Source: Balanoglossus misakiensis
Taxonomy: Eukaryota > Animalia > Hemichordata
Direction: 5' to 3'
Length of the DNA: 64,000 nucleotides
Assembly: GCA_040954595.2 (NCBI GenBank)
Contig: CM082588.2
Location: 10,152,844 to 10,216,843 of the forward strand
Shown here: piece by piece, positions 41,174 to 52,361 of the stretch
Layout of the letters: every line of letters starts with the position of its first letter
Position numbering within the stretch: position 1 is the stretch's first letter
Position numbers and translations under genes: made by a program
The notes under the pieces: model-generated
Told to the model about the DNA's origin: nothing
What the model saw: only the letters and a program-made list of their open reading frames with translations
Databases searched by the model: none

Positions 41174-42742
41174 GTAAGTACATATTCGTGCATTCACTGT
41201 GTACGTACTCCATAGCCAAAGATACGGCATGAATTGTGTACATGAATTTAGAATCTGTGTCTCACAGAATCACTGCGAGCATCATCTCAATGTAATTCTA
41301 AATGTGCTGTTTCAAGTCGTATTTCACTTAGTGATTTTGCCCAGCGCATACCTCGCCCTCGACCAGCAGTTGTATGTAGTACGCTGGACCGTTTGTATCA
41401 ATGTATGACTATGCGAGATAAATTGTACGGTACTGCAATTTTTTTTTTTTTCTTTTTTTTCCTCCGGACAATCTACATGTATTACTGTTATCGAACATAC
41501 GAGACAATATGCTTTTAGCGGAATTTGGTTGTTCTTTGTTCTGCTACAACTTCCGTTTTGTTATAGCCAGTTGTGTACATTTCTTGAGCTGTATATGAAC
41601 TGAAGAAAAATTTGGCTATTTTCTCGTAGTTATCTTATTCTCACCTTACGTGTCTGTAACCTGTCCTCTGAGGCAAATTATGGCTGTGTGTAATCCCTTC
41701 TAAAGACAGAAATTGGCTACGTAAACAAGCCATTGTAAAGGCAAAAAAGGTTCATTGTGTCTTATTATTTGTGTGGACAGGTATTATGAACATCAAGTTA
41801 CAGCAACAACAGATGCAGAATTTACCAGGCCTGCATCATCTCCAAGTGGCCAAGAAACACTGCAAGTATTTGCACCGTCTATGGAAACTAGGTACCAAAT
41901 AAATTTTGATCATGATACTTTGAGCTTTGTATAGTACACAATAGATTTTCATATTTGATGGGGCTCTTGCAGTATACATGATGTATATTGTTTTAAAGAG
42001 GTGACATGTTTTTATGGCTCATGAAAAGTAATTGTGTCCGTAATATAATTTATAGAAATGAAACAATGAAATGTTGCATTCCACATAGTTATCTGTGTGA
42101 TAGATGGGAATACCTAAAAGTATATATTTGTTTCTTAAAATTTATAGGCAACGTGATGATCAAGGACAAGCCACCCAAACTTTTCCTATGACATCAACGC
42201 CAGGAAATGGCCATCTTTGTGATATCGAAAAAAATTTAGAAGAATTAGTTGCATCAGAAATATCATCAGTCAGGTAGGTGTTTAAGCACTGTTTTTTTAC
42301 ATTACATGATAATTTCAATGCTTCTAGCCACAATCTGTAGTATGAGGAAAAGCCTCTGCTCAAACTCTCAGGTGACAATAATCAACATAACAATGGCGAA
42401 GTATACCTGACATTTGCCCTCCAATAAACAACCAAAATCATCCTATACAATTTATTCAGTGTGTTGACCAAGACATTCACGTCTATGGTTTTAATCCAGC
42501 AAACATAGGTTTTTCACTGCTTACTGGTTGGGGGATTAGGGGGAACTGGAACCTACAACGTTTGTGCAGACCTAGTTTGTCATGTATCAAATTTTAGTCT
42601 TTTTTTTCTTTGTACAGGGTTTCTTCCATCTCTGGAATTGCAGAGATAGATGTTCAGGAGATAGGAGAATCATCACAAGAGAAACCTATGGAATCTACAG
42701 AAGGCCCATCACAGCCAGTACAAAGTGAAAGGTATGACACTA

Positions 42743-43160
42743 TCTTTTCTTACACTCCCCGTACGCTGGGAGTGTGAGAACAGAGTGTGGGAACAAATTG
42801 TTCTCACAATCTCACTGAATAGAAAGCTGTATATGACGTGAGTGCTGATTGGTTAACAAAGTGTTCTGTCGCTACGCGCACTAAATGTTATCCAATGGCG
42901 CGATGTGTATTACAGGCACAGAGACTACAACGTGCCCCCAGACAACAATTCCAGAGTCATTTATTCAATGTTTTTAACGAACTTGGCTAATTTGTGACCG
43001 TGTGAGAAAAAGAATCTCACACACCAAGGACCTGGGATCATATTTCTCACACTCGTCGGGGATATTCTGTCCCACACGAGCCTGCGGCTCGTGTGGGACA
43101 GAAAATCCCCAACTCTTGTGAGAAATGTGATCCCAGGTCCTTGGGAGTGTGAGATTCTAT
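42743..43160. mobile_element. Intronic non-autonomous hairpin element (same architecture as 36565-37200)
   Basis: ~148-bp palindrome at 43011-43158 centred on GAGCC-TGC-GGCTC, adjacent to a segment bounded by TCTTTTCTTACAC (42743) and GTGTGAGAAAAAGA (43013). Confidence 0.72.
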
Positions 43161-44331
43161 TAATCTGAAGATAAACTGTAGTTAGGTAAACTTTTATAGT
43201 GAAATGTGGCTTTCCCCCCTCTTTTGTACCTTTTGTGATAAACATTAATCTCCTGCTTTAGGACAAAAGCAGGAGCGACTGCTTTACATACATGTAAATG
43301 TACTAATTTCTAACTCCCTTGCTTATGCTTGTGTGAATAAGTTATTCTGTGTAGCTATCAACATGAAAATATTTCTTAGAAAGCAAAATGGCAAATGTTT
43401 ACCAAGCACCCTAAATTTACTTGTGTGAAACCAAGATAGAGAGGAACCTGTAAAAATAAGCAGTGATGCTGCTGTCCCTGTGTGCCCCTGTCACTTTGTT
43501 TCAGAGTTCAATTTTCATGTGTGTTATATTTAGTTCACAGCTGTAAATTAGTTCAGTACATATTGCCGTCTCATGTGTGCCTATTTTGTCATTTTTTTCT
43601 CCAGCGGCCGTGTAAGATTTCCAAGAAATTTGTCTGAGTCTTTCATCAATCCATTTGAGTAAGTTTTCCTTATTCTATTGTCATATACGGCATGCATGTA
43701 TCCCTTGCTTGAGCAAGCCTTTTCGATTGCTTCTTTTCTCCTGTTACACTAAATTTAAATTTGTTGGGAAAATCAGTTTCATGACATGCATCACGTGTGT
43801 CAGAACATTTGCTTGTACTTAAATTCATGGGAAATGTTTTCTTTCTTTTTTGTGCTTATGAGTGACTATATGTATTTTTAGTGAGCAGCATTGTCCCACT
43901 ATTCAGATTAATTCCTTGGTTTTATTACTACCAGGTTGAGCATTGATATTTCTGAGGAAGACAAAGAGGAAGACATGAACCTATGTGACGATGATGATTA
44001 TGACTATGAGCCCAGCTTTGATATTTCTATAATGTAAGTGCGCATTTATCACTATCATCAAAGTTCCTTATTGGATGGGTACACAACAAATGGAAAGCAA
44101 AATATCCTCATGGTTAAAAAAAGCCTAAGTGTTGGACGCTAAAATTCATATATATGATAAATTTTCTTTTATGAATGAAACATCAACTTACAACATTTGT
44201 ACTAACAGCTGACTGACAAACTCTGATGGACAAGTCATGAGCATTGTTAGGATTTTTTGTCCATTTCTCAGAACTAATGGCGTGCAGGTGGTTCCTGCCA
44301 TTGGTGACGACGATATTGAAAGTGACGGTGG

Positions 44332-44332
<1 letters not shown>

Positions 44333-44362
<30 letters not shown>
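44333..44362 (+). repeat. (GAT)10 microsatellite encoding poly-Asp in transposase exon 7
   Basis: Read directly from the sequence. Confidence 0.95.
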
Positions 44363-44365
<3 letters not shown>

Positions 44366-44852
44366 ACACCATCACCGGGTCTGCAGAGAGTTGTCACAGA
44401 AGAAGATGGGGAAAGCCTCCTTGGTGACTCTACAACATGTCTGTTTTTTTTAACCAGCTTCTGGCCCTTGGCAAAAAATCTATTAGGCAAGTCTGTGCAT
44501 TGAAGTCTTGCAGTGGATTGATAACCTCTACTTCAAAGTTTGTTGGCTCAGCTTTATATCTAAAGTGGGTGAGTGTGAACTAAATATGGTATATTCTTGA
44601 CAATTATTGTTAAACTATACCAACTGTAGTGTGCATTGTATGGACAATCACTATGCCAGTATTATTTAGATGAACAGGAAACTCTAGTTATAATCCTATG
44701 TGGGTGCACATTGTTCCTTTAGGTTTATAATAAAAAACAATAGTCAACTGAAATTACAAAGTTATCGGTATTAACATCTGTTTTATCGTGTCTTGGAGAA
44801 ATCAACATGAAATGATCAAATAAGCATGAATCTTTAAACTTTTTTTTTTCAG

Positions 44853-45135
44853 GAATGCTCAGCTGGTCACCTTGAGTACGAATGGTGTTCACAACCAATT
44901 TTGAACAGGAGACTTCATAGTGGTGATCTCTTCACAGCAGCTGCCGTTCTATTGTCTGGTAATAATTATGCCAAAATTAATTTTTTGGCAAGCATTCTGT
45001 CACTCAGAATTTGCTCCCAGAATACTTACAATAGAATTCAGAAAGCTTATCTAATACCATGTCTTGATGAATTTTGGATACGACAACAACAAGACATCAT
45101 TGATTCATTTGATGGCCAAGAACTTGTTTTACTGG
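44853..45135 (+). CDS. Transposase exon 8
   Basis: Poly-T-CAG acceptor. Encodes ECSAGHLEYEWCSQP...AAAVLLSGNNYAKI...ELVLLG. GTAAGT donor. Confidence 0.85.
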
Positions 45136-45423
45136 GTAAGTTTTTAGCTTCATTGTTAATGACACGCACCTAATCTGATTGGCTCACCCCACTGATTATC
45201 CATCACATGTCGGCCAATGCACTTGTAATTTATGTCTAAAAGTTTATACTTACAGACTCTATTCTGCTGATTTAGAAAAGAATACAATAGTTATTATTTG
45301 GTGGCATTTACTTCCTCATTTGCATCATTTCATACTCATTGTAAAATCATTGAATTGGAAATGTTCTCACTTATGCATACTTATGTATAATTTGACTGAC
45401 ATATTTACTTGATTATGTCTCAG

Positions 45424-45660
45424 GTGATGGGCGAATGGATTCCCCGGGTTTTTGTGCGCAATATTGCACCTATACTGTGATGGAGGAAACCACCAAGAAA
45501 ATTCTGTCGATAATAACCATGGACAAAAGAGAAACAGAGAAGAAGTCAACAAACATGGAAAAGGCCTGCCTTGTTAAAAGTCTAAACCAGCTTCAGGAGA
45601 AAGGTGTAAATGTCAAAGAAGTCGTAACAGATGCCCACATGCAGATTACAGCTCTGATGA
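45424..45660 (+). CDS. Transposase exon 9 (probable catalytic Asp motifs GDG and VTD)
   Basis: CAG acceptor at 45421-23. Encodes GDGRMDSPGFCAQYCTYT...STNMEK...EVVTDAHMQI. GTAAGT donor at 45661. Confidence 0.88.
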
Positions 45661-45684
45661 GTAAGTGTAATTTTATGATTTTAA

Positions 45685-46479
45685 GATGGGTCCCTAGGAT
45701 CTTTTTGCCCGTTGCTATGGGCCTTTATAGGACATTACACCCCGATTTGGACTAAGCCGTTTTCAGAGTCTAACAAGGGGCTGGTAACTAGTTGAAAATC
45801 TGCACGATTGTGAGCGCGCGCCCCCTGACGCCATTGATATGCAAATTAGCTAGGTCAAATTTCAAAAGCCTAAGGCTTTTTATTCCGTGACCTCAAAAAC
45901 GAACTTGATACGTATTCATTAGTTGCTTGAACCAGGGAAGATCGTGACGGATTTTGTTTTCGAATATTATCGTTGTATCCTACGATTTCAGCATACCCGT
46001 ACCACACCTGAAAAAGTCATCGATTTTGGGTGTTTTTGGACGCACTCTTCCACCGGTATCGCTTCTTAGCACGACGAAAACCGAAAAAACGATCCGTCAC
46101 ACTATGCGGAAGTGCGTTCTCAACAAGCAGGTCAAATTTGGCTGGCCTACGTCGCCTATGAAAAAAGCCTTAGGGATTTTCGTGAACGGTACAAAATCTC
46201 TGTGTACAAAACATTGGATATTTAGCGTTCGATCCAGTTACTGTGGTTACAGGACGCGCACGCTATCGGTGACTGCTGCTTTGCCGTATTAGCGTGGCGG
46301 CCTATGGCCGGGCGGTAGCTGCCGTAACCATACTCGGACAGGGGGTGTGCACACAATCGTGCGTATTTTTAACTAGTTACAAGCCCCTTGTCGGACGTTC
46401 ATAACGGTTTCGATCAAAATTGAGTGTAGTGTCCTATAAAGGCCCATAGCAACGAGCAAAAAGATCCTAGGGACCCATC
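45685..46479. mobile_element. Intronic MITE (795 bp) with TTAA target-site duplication and long terminal inverted repeats, Kolobok-type termini (GA...TC)
   Basis: TTAA(45681-84)-GATGGGTCCCTAGGATCTTTTTGC...GCAAAAAGATCCTAGGGACCCATC-TTAA(46480-83). Imperfect inverted similarity extends about 140 bp. Confidence 0.93.
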
Positions 46480-46630
46480 TTAACTTGGGTTATATGTTGC
46501 TTTGAAATGCCAAAAGCAAAGCTGTTATACAGGTCAATGTTGATTTTGTTTTTCTGAGATAATGTATTTGGCAATCATAACACTGTCATTTTGAAGCTCC
46601 ATTTGTAATCACATTTACCCACTCTTATAG

Positions 46631-46707
46631 GAGACGATCACCCAGACATAAAACATTCTCATGACATTTGGCATGCTGCCAAGAACTTGTCAAAGAAGAT
46701 CATAAAG
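46631..46707 (+). CDS. Transposase exon 10
   Basis: TAG acceptor. Encodes DDHPDIKHSHDIWHAAKNLSKKIIK. GT donor at 46708. Confidence 0.85.
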
Positions 46708-46965
46708 GTTAGACAAACTTTTATTCTTGTATTCAGTTTTCATTTATCTTCTAAATATGTGTGACACTGACACATAAAAATGTAAGGGTATAGAATGTTA
46801 CTAACTGATCCTTCTATCATTTTGGGTGGGGTGGGTGTCAAACTACCTTTGAAAATAGTTATGGCAATATTCAAATTGTGCAGTTGTTATTTGCATCAGT
46901 AAATGTCACAAACAAGTTCAGGTCTATGGTGAATAGTTATGAACCATCAGTTTATATCAGATCAT

Positions 46966-47119
46966 TGTGATAGTATTGTCATGATCACGTGATTGTCACA
47001 TGGTCTGTATACGTGATTTCCTGTAACTGTTAGTTCCCGCGTGGTTGTCATTCAATAAACATCACTTCTGTGGAACTCCGTCGTTGTCGACTGTCAATAA
47101 CCCCTCCCCGGACATCACA
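46966..47119 (+). repeat. 5' LTR (154 bp)
   Basis: TGTGATAG...CATCACA with internal AATAAA. Identical to 51813-51966. Confidence 0.97.
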
Positions 47120-47123
47120 TAAA

Positions 47124-47136
47124 TGGCGACGAGGAT
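47124..47136 (+). promoter_or_regulatory. Primer-binding site complementary to the tRNA-Ser(GCT) 3' end
   Basis: TGGCGACGAGGAT lies 4 nt after the LTR and is the complement of ATCCTCGTCGCCA. Confidence 0.88.
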
Positions 47137-47219
47137 TTAGTTGTCTAAATTAACTATCGAAGAACATACGCAAGCAACCTTTACGAGATTTGGTGACTTT
47201 TTAGCCGTGATTTGAGTGC

Positions 47220-50200
47220 ATGAAAATGTCTACACCCGTAACGCTGTCCGGACTGCCAGGAGTGGCGGGATTCGACTGTGAAGGCGAACCGGAGGCTCTT
47301 CAGCAAAGGTGGGAGCGTTGGCTTCAGGAATTTGAACTGTTCGTAGCAGCTTCTGGTGTTTCAAATAATGCGCAGAAGCGTGCCTTACTATTGCACATGG
47401 CTGGAGCGGGCATCAGAGACATTGTTAGCACTAAATCTGAAGATGAAACTGGTGACGTCACAAACTGCGCAACGTTGATAGCATGTTTGGATAAACACTT
47501 TCAACTGCAGAAAAACGTTCCTATGGCGAGACAGAAGTTTTACAGCGCAACTCCCACGTCCGGGGAGACGGTCGACAGCTACGTAATACGTCTCAAGAAC
47601 CTACTGAAAGACTGTGATTTTCCCGAGACGGAAAAAGACAACCAGATAAGAGATCGTGTCTTGCTCTACATCAGCGACAAGGTGCTAAAAAGCAAGCTGT
47701 ATCGTGAAAAGAATTTGGACACTACCAAACTACTACAAATCATATGGTCGTATCACGACAAAGATGCACTAGTTTTGGTGTCTGGTACTCAAGCTGTGAG
47801 TGCAAATGCAGTCAATATTGGCGGTAAACGTACGCGCGCCAAAAACAAAATGGCGGACTTAGCCTGTTTCCGTTGTGGAAGGAAAGGTCACATGCAACGT
47901 GAATGTCGCGCCAGTACAAGTGGTAGTTCTCGCAATGCCGAACAAAAATCCGACCGGTGTTTCCGATGTCAAAAACCGGGACACAGAGCTGCAGACTGTC
48001 GTGCTAAGTGGGAAGACTGTCCGTCTAAAGACAGTGAAAATGGCAACAGTCGAGGCAGTGGTGGTAACCGCAGCGCACGTGGACGTGGCCGTACGCGTGG
48101 TGATGGTCGCGGTACACACAAGGTAGCTCAGACGACTACTGATGCAAACGCCGATGGTGGCCATGCAGACGTCGAGACTGACGAGGAGAAAGCGTACTAT
48201 GCTTTCAATGCTGCTTTCCGTGCTTCCAGTGGGAAGGACCTCACTGATACAGGTATTCAGATCGAGAATCAACACGTGCCGGTTATCATCGACAGTGGTG
48301 CTACATGTAATCTCATTGGTGAAAGACAATTTCGCAGACTTGCTGAAAAGCGTGGTGTGAAAGTTCGAAATTGTAACAATAAAGTGTTTACCTATGGTTC
48401 TAGTAAACCTTTAGATATATTGGGTAAATGTGCCTTACATGTTGAAGCGCCTACTAAAAAGAAATGTATTGCTGATTTTATAGTGATCAAGGCTGATCAA
48501 CCGATTTTGTTGAGTCGGAGTACTTCTGAGAATTTAGATATGTTGAGAGTTGGAAATGTGAATCTGTACACGATAAATTCAATATCTGCTGATAATTCTT
48601 CGCCAATTCTTGCAGAATTGCGGAGGAAATATCCTGAGGTATTTAATGGGTTGGGTAAGTTAAAGGGCTACAAGCTCCATTTGCATATTGATGAGAGTGT
48701 CAAACCCATAGCCCAGTACCGGCGAATTCCTTTCAACCGCCGTGCTAAAGTTGTTGAAAAAACTCAACGAGCTTCAAAAGCTGGGAGTAATAGAGAAGGT
48801 TTCGGGTCCGACCTCTTGGGTCAACCCCCTTGTAACAGTACAAAAGCCTGATGGGGATATCAGACTATGTCTGGACATGAGAAAAGCAAATCAAGCCATT
48901 GTTAGGGAAAGACACCCTGTTCCCACCATGGATGAAACGCTAGAGGAAATTTCAGGGGCCAAGGTATTTTGCAAGCTTGATATGAATATGACTTTCCATC
49001 AAATTGAGCTCGATGAAAAGAGCAGGGATATTACAACCTTTTCAGGGCCCAACTCTTTGTATCGCTACAAGCGTTTAGTTTTTGGTGTGAACATGGCGAC
49101 TGAAAAGTTTCAAAATCTAATTAGCCAGGTTTTGAAGGGCTGTGAGGGTGCCCACAACATGCATGATGATATTAGAGTAGTAGCTGAAAATTATGAGCAG
49201 CTGCATGCCAGAGTTGGGAAAGTGATCAAGCGTTTTAGTGAGCATGGTTTAACGCTGAACTTTACAAAATGTAAGCTAGGAGACAGTATGATATTCATGG
49301 GTCACTTGATGACGGCCCAGGGTATGAAACTCACTGATGAGAAGGTCAAAGCTATTGTAAAAGCTCGAACGCCAACTGACAAATCAGAATTGAGAAGTTT
49401 CTTTGGGCTGGCTCAATTTTGCTCAAAATATGTCGATAAATTTGCAACAGTGACAAGCCCACTGTGGGATTTGACTCGCAAAGATGCAAAGTGGAAATGG
49501 CTTCCCAAGCATGAGTAAGTATTCAATCTCATCAAACATAAATTGACCACAAGTCCATTCATGGCTTATTTCAAGCAGGGTGCTAAAACTCGAGTCACTT
49601 CTGATGCATCGCCCGTTGGTGTTGGAGCAATCCTTGAACAAATGCAAAGTAATGGTTCATATCAACCAGTGTACTATGTTAGCAGAAAGCTTACACATGT
49701 TGAGTCGAGGTACTCTCAGTTTGAGCGAGAGGCGCTTGGAGTTAAATGGGCATGTGAGAAACTTCAGCAGTTTCTGCTAGGCAGTCATTTTGAGGTCAGA
49801 ACTGACCATAAGCCTTTATTGAAAGTATTCAGCCCTAACTCCAGGCCCCCTTCAGCTAGAATTGAGAGATGGCTGTTATATATGCAACAATTTGATTATC
49901 ATATCACCCATATCAAGGGAAAGAATAATTATGCGGACATGTTGAGTAGATTGCCCGTGGACGAACCATCTGACAACTATTGTAGAGAGACTGAAGATTT
50001 TGCATGTAGTGTTGTTTTAGAGGCTATGCCATCTGCTATCACCCCACGTGATATTGAGAGAGAATCTGCAAAAGACCAGAGCTTGCAATTGGTTGAAAAG
50101 TGTATTACCTCTGCAAATTGGTCAAAATTGAAGTCTTCACCCTATTGGCATGTGAAAGACGAATTATGGTTGTATGGCAGATTGATCATGCGTGGTAACA

Positions 50201-51561
50201 GATTGGTTGTTCCTCAAGTTTTGCAAAGAAAAATCTTGAAAATTGCACACCAGGGTCATCAGGGAATTGTGAGGACAAAGGCTCGTTTACGTGACAGAGT
50301 TTGGTGGCCAGGAATGGACAGGGATGTGGAAAAACTGATACGATCCTGTCATCCATGTCAATTGGTCAGTGCCAGGCCAAACCCAGAGCCATTATTACCC
50401 ACACAGTTACCTGAAGGACCATGGTTCGATTTAGCAGTTGATCTTTTGGATGTATGTGATGGTGAGAAATTACTAGTGGTGACTGATTTATACTCTAGAT
50501 GGCCTGAAGTAGTTTTGTTAAAGAAAACAGATGCTGCCCATGTCATAAAAGCCATGGAAGCTATGTTTCTTACACATGGGTTGCCTTACTGTGTCAAATC
50601 AGACAATGGTCCACCTTTTACCTCAGCCGAGTTTGAAGGTTTCCTTGATTACTTAGGTATTGATCATGAATATTCCATTCCATACTGGCCTCAGAGCAAT
50701 GGAAGTGTTGAGAGGCTGAATGAAATAATTTTGAAGTCTGTACGAATTGCTAAATTGCAAAAGAAAAGTTGGTACAAAGATTTGACACATTTTCTATTTG
50801 AATATAGAAATACACCCCATACTGTGACAGGCATATCTCCTGCTATGGCTCTGATGGGAAGAGAGTTTAGGGACAAAATTCCTAGACTGAGAATTCCATC
50901 CCAAACAATCAATGAGTCTGATTGGCAAATCAAAATGAGAGAAAGAAACAACAGAATGAAAATGAAACAAAAGTTCTATGCCGACAACAGGAGACATGCC
51001 ACTTCCTCAGATATCAGGGAAGGTGATACTGTTTTGCTCCAGCAAGCATTTAGGCAAAACAAACTCACTCCCAATTTCGAGACAGAACCATACAAAGTCA
51101 TCCAGAAAGATGGAGGTGCGTTATTATTGGAAAACTCCAAAGGTGTAAAAAGAAGGTCCACTGGACATGTAAAGAAATATGTTGAGGAATATCCAGAATT
51201 TTCCTTCCAGGGCACTGAATGGAACTCCAAACATTTGACATATGAACAACCTCAAAGGGTTCAAAATGGTGTTCCATCCTGTAACCCCCATATCCATGAT
51301 TTGTCTACACATAACAACCTGGATAACTTGCCAGTATAACCCGTCTGTTCTAGTCAGAAATCAACTGGACCAGCATGTCCTAGTCCTGTTTCACCTACTG
51401 GTACAGCATCGTTGGAAACGATTGTAAATGTTCCTCCAACAATGCCAGTGACAAATTCACCTAAGACAAATGTAAACCCCAATAGTACTGATGTGAGACG
51501 CTCAACAAGAATAAAATCTAAACCTCCTTGGCACAAAGACTATTGCATGCCAGAAGGATAG
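47220..51561 (+). pseudogene. Gag-Pol polyprotein (gag with 2 CCHC knuckles, protease, RT, RNase H, integrase) with three lesions
   Basis: Knuckles CFRCGRKGHMQREC and CFRCQKPGHRAADC; protease IDSGAT; RT RLCLDMR...MHDDI; RNase H SDASPVGVGA; integrase AHQGHQG..CHPC, SDNGPPF, VERLN. Lesions: extra A at 48757-62, in-frame TAA at 49516-18 and at 51337-39. The frame continues to RRSTRIKSKPPWHKDY and TAG at 51561. Confidence 0.93.
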
Positions 51562-51799
51562 ATTATATTGACATAAGACTGTCCACAAACATTATGGAAT
51601 GAGTTTCTGTAGAGCAAATTTTCTCTTGGAGATTTGTATTTTCCTAGTTATGAAGTTCTCAAGTTCTTGTTAAGGTTAAGGTTCTGTTTGTTTTCGTTTG
51701 TTAGAACATGATCATTCACAAAGCATTACAATTTGACAGTGTTGGCAAATTTCATACTTTCCAAAGCGAGTTGTAAACTTAAAGTACAAGTTTTCTTCT

Positions 51800-51812
51800 A
51801 AAGTTGAGGAGA
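51800..51812 (+). promoter_or_regulatory. Polypurine tract
   Basis: AAAGTTGAGGAGA lies immediately before the 3' LTR. Confidence 0.75.
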
Positions 51813-51966
51813 TGTGATAGTATTGTCATGATCACGTGATTGTCACATGGTCTGTATACGTGATTTCCTGTAACTGTTAGTTCCCGCGTGGTTGTCATTC
51901 AATAAACATCACTTCTGTGGAACTCCGTCGTTGTCGACTGTCAATAACCCCTCCCCGGACATCACA
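51813..51966 (+). repeat. 3' LTR (154 bp)
   Basis: Identical to the 5' LTR and followed by ATCAT. Confidence 0.97.
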
Positions 51967-51995
51967 ATCATGAGTGTATTCTGTGTTTTTTTAAG

Positions 51996-52100
51996 GCTGC
52001 ACAAAACAAAGAGTGCAAACCACTGCTGAAATGGGTGACCCACATTGTGAACCACTTTTGGTATTGTTGTCAAAAAGCATCAGATATGGACAAGTTTCTG
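51996..52100 (+). CDS. Transposase exon 11 (downstream of the Gypsy insertion)
   Basis: TTTTTTTAAG acceptor. Encodes AAQNKECKPLLKWVTHIVNHFWYCCQKASDMDKFL. GTAAGT donor at 52101. Confidence 0.85.
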
Positions 52101-52361
52101 GTAAGTATTACTTATCATCAGCTAGCCTAGATGTTAAAATGTGTGATACTATAGAGACTTCTTAGGGTAATCTTAAAAATTAATATTTGATAATAAATAT
52201 TGAGACATGTTTTAACATTCAATTGGATTGGTTGCTGCTGTTTTGCTGTGCATTGAACATGTCATAGTTCATGTTATTGCAATAGTGATTTATGGGATTG
52301 TAAACTTTACTAGGGCAGAGAATAAGTACCCCTGGCCCTTGCTAGGGCAGAGAATTGGTAC

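Larger units (their letters stand above)
46966..51966 (+). mobile_element. Full-length Ty3/Gypsy LTR retrotransposon, Mag-like clade
   Basis: Identical TG...CA LTRs, ATCAT duplication at 46961-65 and 51967-71, primer-binding site, polypurine tract, and gag-PR-RT-RH-INT domain order. Confidence 0.97.
40959..52100 (+). pseudogene. Multi-exon Kolobok-type DDE transposase, about 573 aa reconstructed, frameshifted and C-terminally truncated
   Basis: GT-AG exons: 40959-41173, 41781-41891, 42148-42273, 42618-42731, 43605-43658, 43935-44033, 44272-44568, 44853-45135, 45424-45660, 46631-46707, 51996-52100. All phases are compatible, with 1 nt missing at the T8 run 44444-44451. Motifs: INIxxxxxRW..LIDRYY, CxxxxC..GSALYLKWECSAGH..WCSQP, GDGRMDSPGFCAQYCTYT, MEK, VVTDAH, HSHDIWH, WVTHIVNHFWYC. 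Confidence 0.85.
40667..52360 (+). mobile_element. Kolobok-type DNA transposon; left end intact, right part deleted; hosts three nested elements
   Basis: Begins AGGGACAAAGTCTC immediately after TTAA (40663-66). The paralogous block shows the empty TTAA at 54760-63. Encodes a spliced transposase. Sequence switches to satellite at ~52362 with no right terminal repeat. Confidence 0.82.

Noticed and set aside
48742-48770. Programmed ribosomal frameshift between the 543-aa and 258-aa ORFs
   Set aside because: The shift lies downstream of the protease, at the RT N-terminus, and is explained by one extra A in a homopolymer. Mag-type elements typically have a single gag-pol frame.
47859-51536. Antisense ORFs within the Mag element, and similar ones at 40761-41243, 44188-44490 and 61640-63492
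   Set aside because: Shadow frames of real sense-strand coding sequence, with no motifs.
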